From Squalus acanthias (lineage: Eukaryota), in NCBI GenBank assembly GCA_030390025.1, contig CM059432.1:52020001-52084000 (forward strand): a stretch of 64,000 nt of DNA, read 5' to 3'. The notes below the pieces were generated by a model that searched no databases, was not told the origin of the DNA, and saw only the letters and a list, made by a program, of their open reading frames with translations. The first letter of the stretch is position 1; each line of letters starts with the position of its first letter. Shown piece by piece: positions 25,901 to 39,073 of this stretch. Both the position numbers and the translations under genes were made by a program.

Positions 25901-26656
25901 CTTGGAGTGGGTGTGTTGGAGGCGGATTGGGTTTGTAGGTCGGGTTTGAAATTTTAAAAAAATGTTTACTTCCCACCCACCCCAAATCCACCCGTCCTTG
26001 GGTTTAAAATTACCCCCGTGATTACAGATAGGAAATTTGTACCCTTGACCTCCAATGATCTGGATATTTTACAAATATCATTAATATAGCTATAGTACAT
26101 TTTTCTTGGCAGTAATATTGGTTAATTCTACTGTCCATTCACCACTCTGGTACTTTAACTATTTAACCGATGTGTGAATAAGGTAACAATGTAAATAATT
26201 AACAAATGTACTTATTAATCAAATAATAATCACACAACCATCAATTTCCTCACATTTTTGACATTGACATGAATAAACCAACTGAATGATTTTCCATGAC
26301 AAGGGACCAACCGGCACAGCTTAAGTATCAGAAGACAGTAAAGTCCCAACCTATGTATTAAAAGTCCACAATGGAAGATGATCGAATCTAGTATATCCAC
26401 CGAGCTCTCTGCACTCCTACAGCACCACAGCACAATGCTACTCAAGCACATACAACCTGGCCAATGCTGTCAGTGGACGTTTAGGCTGGGATTTTACATT
26501 CCTGCATTCCCCACTCTGCCATTTACCACCACTTGATTTTAGGACAGAAAATCATGGGCTGGTGATTGAAGAAGTGGAAAACCCGGCCAGCAAAGGATTT
26601 AGTACCATTCAAACACAATGTAAACTGACTGAAATAAAAACAGAGGAAGGGTCCTG

Positions 26657-26845
26657 CCTTATCACAGACCTTCCCCTTTGTTCTTTTCTCCCCTCCCACC
26701 TTTACCTGCCTCTGCACTTGCTTAAAACCTGTTATATCTCAAACTTTTTCCAGTTCTGACGAAAGGTCGTCGACCGGAAATGTTTCTCTCTTCACAGATG
26801 CTGCCTGACCTGCTGAGTATTCCCAACATTTTCTGTTTTTATTTG
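26657..26845 (+). mobile_element. Solo Penelope pLTR fragment with a broken hammerhead (stem III and cleavage site deleted)
   Basis: CAGTT-CTGACGA-A-AGGTC-GTC-GACCG-GAAA followed directly by tgtttctctc; lacks the cattaactc segment seen in the 34359 copy. Confidence 0.75.
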
Positions 26846-27483
26846 ATAAATTGCTTTTGCTGATCAGCAACATGGTCACAAATTTAAGATAATCACAAAA
26901 AAAAGTAAATGAGAGATTAGAATGTGAACTTCCCTGCCACAAATCATTGTTGAAGCAAAGTCCATAAACACTTTTAACAGGGAATTAGATAATTGCTTGA
27001 AAAAGGAATCTCCACATCATGAAAAAGGAATGGTAAAGGATATGGAGAGTGAACAAGGATGTGGGATTAGTCTTGATGTGCCAAGTGATCTGTTTTGATA
27101 CTGTAACATTCTATCGCCTAGAATTTATGATCACCATTAATTTAATGGTAGCATTAACCCATGTATCTTTAGCCCTGCCTGCTTACTGGATCCAGTAGAG
27201 TAGTAGGATGCTAGTAGTAGAGCAGAGGGAAAACTGCAGTGGTAGGATTTTCTTAATGAGAGACAGAAATCTCATCCCTCTGCAGTTCCATCCAGCCCTT
27301 TGCTGGAAGCCTCTGCGTCACTGTGCTTTGTGATCTGTGTGGGTGCAAACTTCATTGAAGCAATGGCAAATTTGAAGCCCCTGTTCTTGGGTCTCTCTAT
27401 TCAGACAAGCTGATTTGAGGAGGAGGTTACACAGTTGCCCAAGGCTTTTATGGCATCAATCTGAGCATTCAGGAGGGATGCAA

Positions 27484-29810
27484 AGAACATAAGAACATAA
27501 GAAATAGGAGCTGGAGTAGGCCCTTCGAGCCTGCTCCACTATTCAACAAGATCATGGCTGATCTTCTACCTCAACTCCACCTTCCTGCACTATCCCCATA
27601 TCCTTCAATTCCCTTAGTTCCTGAAAATTTAATGACCTCTGTCTTGAATATACTCAACGACTGAGTTCTCTGAGGTAGAGAATTCCAAAGATTCACAACC
27701 CTTTGAGTGAAGAAATTTCTCCTCATCTCAGTCCAAAATGGCCTACCCTTATTCTGAGTCTGTGACCCCGTGTTCTAGATTCCCCAGCCAGGGGAAACAT
27801 TTTCCCAGCATTAACCCTGTCAAGCCCCTTAAGAATTTTGTATGTTTCAATTAGATCACCTCACATTCTTCTAAATTCTAGGGAATATAGGCCTAGTCTA
27901 CTCAATCTCTCCTCATAGGGCAATCCCCTCATCCCAGGAACCAGTCTAGTGAAATAACAACAGAAAATGCTGGAAGCACTCAGCAGGCCAGGCAGCGAGT
28001 GCTTCCAGCATTTTCTGTTGTTATTTCAGATTTCCAGCATCCGCAGTATTTTGCTATTGTACCAGTCTAGTGAACCTTTGTTGCCCTCCCTCTAAGGCAA
28101 GTATGTCTTTCCCTAGGTAAGGAGACCAGAACTGTACACAGTACTCCAGGTGTGGCCTCACCAATGCCACATATAATTGTAGTAAGACTTCTTTACTCTT
28201 ATACTCTAATCCTTTTGTAACAAAAGCTAACATACCATTTGCTTTCTTAATTACTTGTTGTACCTGCATGTTAACTTTCTGTGATTCATGTACAAGGTGT
28301 CCAGGTCCCTCTGAATGCAAACATTTCCCAGTCTCTCACCATTCAAAAATATTCTGCTTTTTTGTTTTTCCTAACAAAGTGGATAACTTCACACTTCCCC
28401 ACATTGTATTCCATTTGCCATGTTCTTGCCCATTCAGTCAACCTGTCTATATCTCTCTGCGTCCTCTTCACAGCTTACTTTCTCACCTACCTTTGTATCT
28501 TTGTATCATTAGCAAACTTGGATACGTTACACTCAGTCCCTTCATCTAAGTCATTGATATAGATTGTAAATAGCTGAGGCCCAAGCACTGATCCTTGCGG
28601 TACCCCGCCAGTTACAACCTGCTAACCCGAAAAAGTCCCGTTTATTCCTACTCTCTGTTTTCTGTCCATTAACCAATCCTCAATCCATGCTAATATATTA
28701 CCCCAATCCCATGAGTCCTAATTATGTGTAATAACCTCTTGTGTGGCACCTTATCGAAAGCTTTTTGAAAATCCAAATAAACTAAATCCACTGGTTCCCC
28801 CTTATCCATCCTACTAGTTACATCTTCAAAAAACTCTAACAGATTTGTCAAACACGATTTTCCTTTCATAAAACCATGTTGACTCTGCCTAATCATATTA
28901 TGATTTTCTAAGTGCCCTGTTACCATGTCCCTAATAATAGATTCTAGCATTTTGCCTACTACTGATGTCAGGCTAACTGGCCTATAGTTTCCTGTTTTTT
29001 CACTTCCTTTTTTCTTGAATAGTGGGGTTATGTTTGCTATCTTCCAATCCTTGGGGACTGTTCTAGAATCTAGGGAATTCTGGAAGATTAATACCAATGC
29101 ATCCACTATCTCTGCAGCTACCTCTTTATAATCCTAGAATGCAGGTTGTCAGGTCCAGAGGATTTGTCGCCACTTAGTCCCATTAATTTCTCCAGTACTA
29201 TGTCTTTACTTATGCTGATTTCTTTAAGTTCTTCATTCTCGCTAGACCCTAGGTTCCCCATTATTTCCAAATTTTTTTGTGTCTTCTACCATGAAGAGAG
29301 ATACAAAGTATTTGTTCAATGTCTCTGCCATTTCCTTATTGCCCATTATAATTTCTCCTGTCTCTGCCTCTAATGGGCCCATGTTTACTTTCACTAATCT
29401 CTTCCTATTTACATACCTATAGAAACGTTTACAATCTGTTTTTATATCTCTTGCTAATTTACTCTCATATTCTTTTTTCTCTTTCCTTATCAATTTCTTG
29501 GTCCTCCTTTGCTGAATTCTAAAATCCTCCCAATCCTCAGGCTTACATTATAAGCCTCTTCCTTTGATCTAATACTATCTTTAACTTCTCTTGTTAGCCA
29601 TGGTTGGACCACCTTTCCTGTGGGGTTTTTGTGCCTTAAAGGAATGTATATTTGTTGTAAATTATGTATTCATTCTTTAAATGCTAGCCATTGCTTGTCT
29701 ACCGTCATATCTTTTAATATAGTTCCCCAGTCTACCTTAGCCAACTTGCCACTCATACCTACATAGTTTGCTTTGTTTAGATTTAAGACCCTAGATTCGG
29801 ACTTAACAAA
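27484..29810 (-). mobile_element. CR1 LINE, 5'-truncated
   Basis: ORFs 28690..29106(-), 28054..28320(-) and 29242..29493(-); (aagaacat)n tail. Confidence 0.92.
27950..28060. mobile_element. Penelope pLTR-derived inverted insertion (perfect 32-bp hairpin)
   Basis: Arms 27950-27981 and 27997-28028 with a 15-nt loop; accagtctagtgaa duplicated at 27940 and 28061. Confidence 0.85.
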
Positions 29811-29849
29811 GACTGGCATAATGGTCTTTGCCATTAGGGGCTGTGCTGC

Positions 29850-31350
29850 AGATGTCCCTGGAGCTGCCCCTCACTTCAAGCTTGACTGCATATTTTAGAA
29901 TCCTTGCAATAGCACCCCATACATGCAGGGGTTGGACTTCTTTCTATCTACCCCGTGTTGGACGCTGGTAACTTGCTCCAAAGACTTCAACAATCTTCAG
30001 TACTCAGTAAGCAATCTTCTTTTAAAGGCTGGGCCACAGAGATTAGGATGACTGGCCTCACCAGCTATGAATGAAAACAATCTTGTCCCCCAGTGAGGGG
30101 CCTCCTGTTCTTCCTCTTCCATTTCTACCTGCTCTGCTCACCCATGCTCAGTGCATCACCTAGCGGACTGCTCTCAAACTGATTGTCTGGATCCCCATGG
30201 GGTGATGTTTCTGAGTTGGTGGTTGTGTGCAAGTGTAACACAATTCCAGGTGAGGTGAGGACAGCTCCTGTGAGGGATCTGCTAGTTCTTCATGGGCCAA
30301 ACATATGAATATGTAAAGAGGCAACAATTAGGAGAGAGAACACTGCTGGACTCAGGGCAGGCAGCTGGTGCACTGCATCAAATGGTTCTCAGCTTGTGTG
30401 ATAGTGGCTATGGTTGGAGCAATAAGCAATACGAACCCTGCAGATGGACATGTCCTTCTGCTTCACCATCCCTAGCCTCCTGAAGGACATCATGTCGTTG
30501 AATCTCTAGGGCCCTCTCTTCAAATGAGGTGAGATCGCTAATTGTTACCTGGCTACCTCCAGTTGCATTTCCATCCCGCCAAATGTGTGCATCCTTTTCT
30601 TTCAGTTACATTATCATGTGAGCAAGCAGTGCTATCACCCAATTTCTGATGGTGAACACCAGCAGGATTGTGAGATCAGGCAGTTGGTCCATGCAGGTCT
30701 GATTGGAATGATCTCAGCAGGGTATTGTTTGAGTGCATGTGATAAAGGGAAGGTTATGTGGCCAGGAATGTGGTGGATGGTGCACACATTAAATGATCTA
30801 TAACGGGAAGGTGGAGAAAGTTAATAGGGATCATGTGCTGGAACATGCCTCTGCTACTAAATGCAGAACATAAATACAAGGGGTTCTTGCACCTGCCTAG
30901 CTTGCCCTCCTTTTTTTGTGACTGCAACCAATTCCTGTGCACTGTGCAACTCTCAATAATGCACTCTGCCATGACCTTATGGTGTTGCCTTGATCATCTT
31001 TTGACTGTGGTGTGAAAAAAGGACTTCCCTCTTGTGATCTATTTTCTGCAGCAGTATTTCAATGGCTTCATCCCCAAAGGTGGGTACAGACATTGGGGAA
31101 CTAGGCACAAGACTGCCACAGCACCAAAAAAATTCCTCCACCCTAAAACAAGCTGGAACTAAACAATTTCAGATCCAAAAAGGCAGTTTTCTAGTCTCTA
31201 ACTACCAGATAAATGACAACACAGGTTATGAATATAGACTAGAAACAGCCAGTGAGATCAACACTACCCCTTCAAGGTGACATGGGCCTTTAAGACCAGC
31301 AGTAAAAATGCTATTTCCTCTGGTGCCTGGGCATGCGTCCAATGCTGCAC
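29850..31350 (-). mobile_element. Old degraded Harbinger Myb-gene remnant
   Basis: Minus strand FGDEAIEILLQKI...HRNWLQSQKK, trihelix-like; intron-like CA-rich segment. Confidence 0.45.
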
Positions 31351-32849
31351 ACCACACATGCATGGAGAAAGTCCAGTTCATGCAAATCACAAGGGTACGC
31401 TCTCAGGCCTTCATGCTTGGACTGGTAAATCCATGCCAAGTGTGGAACTGACCAAAAGAGACCACGAAGGTCCAAAGTTTGATCTCCAGTCTATGCTGAG
31501 TTAGTTGATCTCAGTTTAGGTGGCAGTAGAACTACTGGACTTGACTGAAGAAGAGAAAAATCAATCAGGACTCCCACCATTGATAGCTATCTAATGATGC
31601 GTGCATTGTGCAAAGTGAGGACCAGATGCCTTTATGCTTGGACTTGCCTGTGACACTTGCTATCTGGGCTTACACATAAAGAATGAGCACTTGGGCTGGG
31701 TACCGGAGGGCTGCCTGTGCATGTGGAAGCATATTTTAGCATGAACCAGCGTCTTCAAAAGAGGATGGAAGAAATTTGAACCGGGGTGCAGGGATGAGTC
31801 TGTTAAAAATCATTCTTACATTAAAACAGTGACTACATTTCAAAAGTATTTAATTGTCTGTAAAGCGCTTTGGGCTGTCTTGAGGTCATGAAATGTGCTA
31901 TATAAATGCAAGTCTTTCTTTTCTTTCTTTTTACTGCTCCAATATGTGGAGTGAACTACACTGTACACAGGATTAGTCACTCTGTGTAAAAACACACACA
32001 ACTATTTACACTTTCTGCAGAGGGAATAGAAAATCAGAGGGTTAAGTGACACCAGGTCAGTGTCTGGTGCCTCCTGCTGGCCAGCTGCATAGGACATTGG
32101 CAACAAGCCTCAGAGAAGGCAATGTGCCTGTCTTCTTGCTGATGGCAGAAGGCCAGGCAGACAAAGAAAGTAAATAAAAATATAAAAACAACAGAAGTCA
32201 GGAATTTACTCGATTGCACCCAAAGAAATAAAGCTTATTAAAAAAAACTGTCTTTTGCATGCAAGGTTTTGCTTGTAGGTTATCCCCCCCCACCCCCCTA
32301 ATTTGCTTTCATGACTCTTCACACATTACGCTCCTGATCTCAGCTGTGCCATAGAGGTCAAAAATTTCCCCAAAGGGAGGGAGGGAATGTCAGTGTCCAT
32401 GTCAATCAACCCCAAGTCTCCCAAACACAGAGCAGCATGGGTGGAGGCCTAGAAGCAGGTTAGCTAGTCAGCCTCTCAACTATTGATAGTGGAAGGCACA
32501 GGGCGACTAAGAAGCAGGAGAAACTACTTTTTAATGAGGGAGTTTCACAATGACAATAAAACACCTCAGGCCAACTGGGAAATGAACACATATTAAACAC
32601 TACTTCAAGTACCTTGCCACCAGGGGAAAGTGGATTAATTCAAGGCCATCAGGAATCAGACATCTCCCTCAGCTAACTATGAAACAGAAAGCACTGGGGA
32701 AAGCAAATCCATGCTTGGTTCCTTGGAATAAGAGACTATACAAAACCACCCTCCTCCTCCCTCCACCCCCAATGCTGCAGGTAATCATTATTCTTTGCTT
32801 AAAAACTGTACAAAATCAGCATCCAATTGTTCTGTGGGTCAATCATACA

Positions 32850-33170
32850 ACCATAGAATGATACAGCACAGAAGGATTCCATGCCGCCCATCGTGCCTGT
32901 GCCGACTCTTTGGTAGAGCTATCCAATTAATCCCACTCCCCATTCTTTCCCCATAGCCCTGTGAATTTTTTCTCTTCAAGTACTTCTCCAATTCCCTTTT
33001 GAATGTTACTATTCCACCACCCTTTCAGGCAGTGCATTCCAGATCACAACAACTCGCTGTGTGAAAAAAAATGTTTTCTCATGTCGCCTCTGGTTCTTTT
33101 GCCAATTACCTTAAATCTCAGTCCTTTGGTTAACGACCCTTCTGCCACTGGAAACAGTTCCTCCTTATTT
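32850..33170 (-). mobile_element. CR1 3' fragment
   Basis: ORF 33044..33229(-) ELFPVAEGSLTKGLRFKVIGKRTRG; same family as 44812-45180. Confidence 0.8.
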
Positions 33171-34294
33171 ACCGGAGGGATTTTTTGCACGAACATGGGG
33201 GCGGAGCCTAAACAACGTCCCGCCGCCACCGGAGCTGCGCATGCAACGTTGCAGCCCTTGTCCGATCGAGCCTCCTCCCGTCTTTCCTCATCTAACTCTA
33301 TCAGCTTAACCCTCCATTCCCTTCTCCCTTATATGCTTATCTAGCCTCCCCTTAAATGCATCTATACTATTTGCCTCAAATACTCCCTGTGGTAGTGAGT
33401 TCGACATTCTCACCACCCTCTGGGTAAAGAAGTTTCTTCTGAATTCCCTATTTGATTTCTTAGTGGCTATCTTATATTGATGGCCTCTAATTATTCTGCA
33501 CAAGTGGAAACATTCTCTCTGTAGATACTCTTTCAAAACCTTTCATAATTTTAAAGACATCTATTAGGTCCCCCTTAGCTTTCTCTTTTCAAAAGAAAAG
33601 AGATCTAGCCTGTTTATCCTTTCCTGATAGGTATACCCCCGCATTTCTGGTATCATCCTTGTAAATCTTCTCTGCATCCTCTCCAGTGCCTCTATATTCT
33701 TTTTATAATATGGCGACCAGAATTATACGCAGTACTCCAAGTGTGGTCTAAACAAGGTTTGATACAAGTTTAGCATAACTTCACTACTTTTCAATTCTAT
33801 CCCTCTAGAAATAAACCCTAGTGCTTGGTTTGCTTTTTTAATGGCCTTGTTAACCTGTGTTCTTACTCTTAGCGATTTGTGTATTTGTAGTCCGAGATCC
33901 CTTTGCTCCTCTATCCCACCCAGACTCACTCCCTCCAAGTAATAAGTGACCTCCCTATTATTCCTACCAAACTATAATACCTCACATTTATCTGTGTTGA
34001 AATTCATTTGCCAATTATATGCCCATTCTGCAAGTTTATTAATATCCTCCTGTAATTTGTTGCAGTCCTCCTCAGTATTGACTACCCCCCCCCCCCCCCA
34101 ATTTGGTGTCATCCGCAAATTTAGAAATTGTATTTTTGATTCCAAAGTCTAAATTGTTAATATAAATTGGGAACAACAGTGGTCCCAGCACTGATCCTTA
34201 TGGAACACCACTACCCACCTTCTGCCACTGTGAATAGCTACCCTTTACCCCTACTCTCTGCTTTCTGTCTTGAAGCCAGCTAGCTATCCATTCT

Positions 34295-34403
34295 AAATAA
34301 CAACAGAAAACGCTGGAAAAACTCAGCAGGCCAGGCAGCATCCGCGGAGAGAGAAACAGAGTTAATGTTTCAGGTCGAAGACCTTTCATCAGAACCTCAT
34401 TGA
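34295..34403 (-). mobile_element. 109-bp Penelope-pLTR-derived insertion carrying a minimal hammerhead ribozyme
   Basis: 9-bp TSD ATCCATTCT at 34286-34294 and 34404-34412. Confidence 0.85.
34359..34396 (-). ncRNA. Minimal type I hammerhead ribozyme motif
   Basis: Minus strand GGUU-CUGAUGA-A-AGGUC-UUC-GACCU-GAAA-CAU-U|AACUC. Core intact; stem III has a C-A mismatch (ACGU to ACAU). Confidence 0.75.
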
Positions 34404-34470
34404 ATCCATTCTGCTACTTGTCCCCTGACTCCACATTCTCTGACCTTATTCATTAGTCTATTATGTGGTA

Positions 34471-34630
34471 CATTGCTGTTTGTGGGAGTTTGCTGTGCAC
34501 AAATTGGCTGCCGTGTTTCCTACATTACAACAGTGACTACACTTCAAAAAGTACTTAATTGTCTGTAAAGTACTTTGAGATGTCCGGTGGTCGTGAAAGG
34601 CGCTATAAACATGCAAGTCTTTCTTTCTTT
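34471..34630 (+). mobile_element. DeuSINE 3' fragment nested in CR1
   Basis: cattgctgtttgtgggag...ggcgctataaacatgcaagtctttctttc. Confidence 0.8.
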
Positions 34631-35972
34631 ACCTTACCGAAGGCCTTTTGAAAATCTAGATAAATTACATCTACTGCATTATCTTGTCCACTCTTTCTGT
34701 TAGCTCTTCAAATAATTCAATGAGGTTGATCAAGCAAGACTTTCCCTTTTGAAATCCATGTTGACTATTCATTGTTATATTTTTGGGTTCTAGATGGTCT
34801 TCTGTTTTCTCCTTTAGTAGGGATTCCATGATTTTTCCTACCACCAATGTTAAGCTGACTGGTCTATAGTTCCCTGGGCATGTTCTATCTCCCTTCTTAA
34901 ATCTAGGTATTATGTTAGCTATCCGCCAGTCCTCTGGCACTACACCATTTTTTAATGAATTGTTAAATATGTGTAGTAATGCCTCTGCTATCTCTTTCCT
35001 AGATTCATTTAAAATGCACGGATGTAATCCGTCCGGACCAGGGATTTTTTCCTCTTTGAGTTTGATTAGTTTATTTAATATATCTCCTCTTTTTATTTTA
35101 AATGCATTTATTTCATTACTAATCTCATGATCCAATGTCATGTCCACCTGTTCTTTCTCTCTGGTAAATACTGAAACAAAGTAATTATTTAATATTTCTG
35201 CCATCTCTCTATCACTGCCTGTGGTATTATCCTGTCCATCATTTAATGGCCCTATTCCTATCCCAACTTTCCTTTTTTTATTGATGTGCCTGTAAAATAT
35301 TTAACTATTTTGTTTTATGTTCCTTGAGAATTTAATTTCATAGTTCCTCTTTGCCTTCCTAATTGTTTTTTTGACTTCACTCCTAATCTCTTCGTATTCT
35401 CCCTTATCATGCTCCTGCTGTCTATGTACGTAGTGTATGCCTCTTTCCTTACCCTCAATTTTTCCCTTATGGCTTTATTCATCCATGGTGTCCCATTAGT
35501 GTTTAGTTTTTTTTAGCAGAATATATTTTTCCTGGACTCTGTTGAACACCATTTTAAACGTTTCCCATTGCTGTTCTACAGTCATTGTTTGCCAATGTTC
35601 TTGTCCATTTTATTTTCCCAAGTTCTGTCTCAGCCCCTCAAAATCAGCTTTTCTCCAATCTATTACCCTGGTCTTCATCATACTTATGTCCTTCTCAACT
35701 ATTATCTTAATAATTGAGATTGGAGCGGGGAGAGGAGAGGGGATCGGCAGAGGAGGGGATCAAAGAGGGGAGTGGGGGAGATCGTGATCCAGGTCTAAAG
35801 TGTGGGGGGGGGGGGGGAATTGGGAGCGAGAACGTGATCCAGATGGGAAGACGGATCACGTTCTTCCCCCCTCTGTTAGATGTGGATCACGTTCTTCCAA
35901 CCCCACCCCCTTTACACCCGCACCACGTTCTCCCTCTCCTCCCCCCTAGACCTGGTTGAGCCTGGCGCATGT

Positions 35973-36419
35973 AAACATAGAAACATAGAAACAAGGAGCA
36001 GGAGTAGGCCATTCGGCCCGTCGAGCCTGCTCCACCATTCAATACGATCATGGCTGATCATCCAAATCCAGTACCCTGTCCCTGCTTTCTCACACCGAAT
36101 CCCCACATCGAGCCTGCACCTATCCCACCCTATCCCCGTAACCCCACGTATTTAATTCCCCCGAACATATCCCATCCTATCCCCATAACCCCACATATTT
36201 AATCCCCCCCTAACACTAAGGGTCAATTTATCATAGCCAAATCAACCTAACCCGCACATTTTTGGACTGTGGGAGGAAACCGGAGCACCCGGAGGAAACC
36301 CACGCAGACATGGGGAGAATGTGCAAACTCCACACAGACAGTCACCCGAGGTCAGATTCGAACCCGGGTCCCTGGCGCTGTGAAGCACCAGTGCTAACCA
36401 CTATGCCACCGTGTTGCCC
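35973..36419 (-). mobile_element. HE1-type V-SINE (tRNA head, V domain, CR1-derived tail)
   Basis: Minus strand gggcaacacggtggcatagtggttagcact...gggttcgaatc; V core ggaggaaaccggagcacccggaggaaacccac; (aaacatag)n tail. Confidence 0.88.
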
Positions 36420-36754
36420 TGGACGAAATCCGAAAGTCGTGACACTGTCACTATTCACTTCATACTCAATAAACCTGTTAACAATCCATGACCCACACAC
36501 AATGCCCCATCTATGGGGCTGGGGGAAGAAGGTCAGGAACTTGTTGGGGGGGAGAAGGTCCTAACCCAGGAGGGTGAGCCCTGTCTGTTCTCTGAAAGCA
36601 GTAGTGTTAGCACTGTGAGCTCTGTCTGGAGCCTGGCTGTCAACAATGAATGGATCAAATTACACATTGCAAAGATCTTGATTACTCAGGCAGGCAGGAT
36701 CTAATTACACATTCCAGACAAACTGCTGAGTGTGAGAACAACCCCAACTTCTCC

Positions 36755-37290
36755 AGTCTCTCCACATAACTGAAGTCCCTCGTCCCTGGTACCATTCCAG
36801 TAAATCTCTTCTGCACCCTCTCCAAGGCCTTGACATCCTTCCTAAAGCGTAGTGCCCAGAATTGAACACAATACACCAGCTGAGGCCTAACCAGTGTTTT
36901 ATAAAAGGTTTAGCATAACTTCCTTGCTTTTGTATTCTATTGCTCTATTAATAAAGCCAAGTGCTTGATTAACAGCCTTCTCAACTTGTCCTGCCACCTT
37001 CAAAGATTTGCGTACATACACCCCAGGTCTCTGTTCCTGCAGCCTCTTTAAAATCATATGATTGAGTTCATATTGCCTCTTCTCATTCTTCCTACCAAAA
37101 TGTATCACATCACACTTTTCTGCATTAAATTTAATCTGCATTGTGTCTTCCCATTTCAGCAGTCTGTCTATGTCCTCCTGAAGTGTGTTGCTATCCTTCT
37201 CATTGTTTACTACATTTCCGAGTTTCGTATCATCTGCAAACTTTGAAATGATGTCCTGTCTACCCAAGTCCAGGTCATTAATATATATCA
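36755..37290 (-). mobile_element. CR1 RT fragment
   Basis: ORF 36899..37291(-) IYINDLD...SKFADDTK. Confidence 0.85.
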
Positions 37291-37605
37291 AAATATATCA
37301 GCAATACAGCTGAGCTATACAGATCAGGAACAACATTGGTTTAACTTCAATCACTGATCTATTCTCAGCTAAAGTAGCAGTTGAAACATTATAAGTAACT
37401 TCGATGTTCCTGGATGAGAAAAATTAGCCAGGGACCCTGTACTTGATCACCATCCAGTGCTAGAAAATGCACTCTATGAAGCTAGGAACAGGTTTGAATG
37501 TTATGACAACCTCCGCCCCCCACCCCCAACCTCCCTCCACCTGTCCATGCTAGACTTGCCTGCCAATACTCGCAGTTCAGGTTCATGCCTTATGAAAGAA
37601 TGACT

Positions 37606-38036
37606 GGGGAAAAAATTGGACCCATTTTCTGGGCAGGAAACGTGGGCAAAAGGGACCAATTTTACAAGGCTATGTCCCACACCCCAAGGACACCTGAAAG
37701 ACGTCCAACTCCATATTGGGTTAGGTGAGTGCTCCTCCATGCTCCTTAGCACCACTAGGGCTGCTGCTTCTTGCACTCGGCCCCTCTCCCTTTCTGTTTC
37801 CCTCCCTACAGAACTTACATTGGGCCATTGCCAACAAGGTAGCTGGCCCTAATTGGAGGGCACCAAAGCGGCGAGCTGCCTCTGGAGATGCGGCAGGCGG
37901 TAGCAACTTGCCCAAATTATTAAAATGAAACCCAAGGACCAATTTTGGGTGGTCCTCAAGCCGGCCTCTTCTGGCGGATGCAGCATGCGCGCTATCCAGT
38001 TTGCACCTGTAAACGGCACAAATGAATTTATCCCCC
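37606..38036. mobile_element. 431-bp MITE
   Basis: ACT TSD at 37603-37605 and 38037-38039; TIRs GGGGAAAAAATT / GGGGGATAAATT. Confidence 0.75.
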
Positions 38037-39073
38037 ACTATTTAGGTGAGGTACCAGAGACTTTCTGGTGTCCATGGAATCATGTGCCTACATGAGTCAC
38101 AGCCTTCAGGAAAGAGGGGATGGGGGGTAACAACAAATGCATTTCTTTCTCTGCTTCCAGTCACAGACATCAGTCACTTGCCTACTTACTACCAGAACAA
38201 AGAAGACATTTCTGTCTTGGGGCAGGCTAAAAAAAATATGGAAAATAGTGCCGGACCAACCTAAACCTGCACTTATCCAAATGGCCTACAATTGAGGATT
38301 TATAAATTAACCTGTAATATCCTAACCTGGGGGCAAGGGAGTGGAGAAGATTGCCTCTGGCCCCTATGAGTTACCAGCATCAGAAAAATGGCATGATGAT
38401 TTCTCTTGTTGGCTATTTCTAGAAAAATCATAACAGCATTCTAAAAGAATCCATAACGATTTTGCTAGAAATAGAGGAAATCTTCCTGCTGTATTTACGA
38501 AGACACTTACACGAAGCAATCAGAGGAAATCCACCCCTAGATTTTGAATTCCATTTGGCTAGCACCCATAGTGGTATGATTGTGGAACAAAAGCTGAACC
38601 TTTTATGCTTGTACAATTTCCACTAAGTCCTACATTCACAGCACTCAGATATAATCACCAAGCAATCGGAAACACCATTATATAAATTACGCTCTATGAA
38701 TTTATTCACGCATATGTAAATTAGGTTGGTTTGAAATGACACTTTCCGACATGACTCAAAGGCCTAGAAATTGGATATGGCCAAAAAACAGGCAGTGTTA
38801 AGGCCCAACGATGATAAGCTGCACCAGGTCAAAATGGTCTAGGTAGCACACAAAATTCATGCTCACTCCTCATTAACTTGTTTAAAGTCTTGATCTCAGC
38901 ACTAAAACCGCTGCTCATTGGCATACCACTCAGCAGGTGGGCCAATATCGGGTCCAGTCTAATTCCCAGTCATGTTTGGCACAGGCTTTATTCAGTACTT
39001 AAAGGGGAGGTGCATTGAAGCTACAGCACCTAATTGTCAATCCACTTACAACTTCACCTGGCAATGGAAGTAC

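Larger units (their letters stand above)
33270..35710 (-). mobile_element. CR1 LINE, 5'-truncated, with nested insertions
   Basis: ORFs 34671..35204(-), 33723..33938(-) and 33306..33536(-). Confidence 0.9.

Noticed and set aside
35715..35970. GA-rich segment with GATC-containing inverted repeats
   Set aside because: Low-complexity fragment, probably MITE-internal; no termini or coding signal to support a call.
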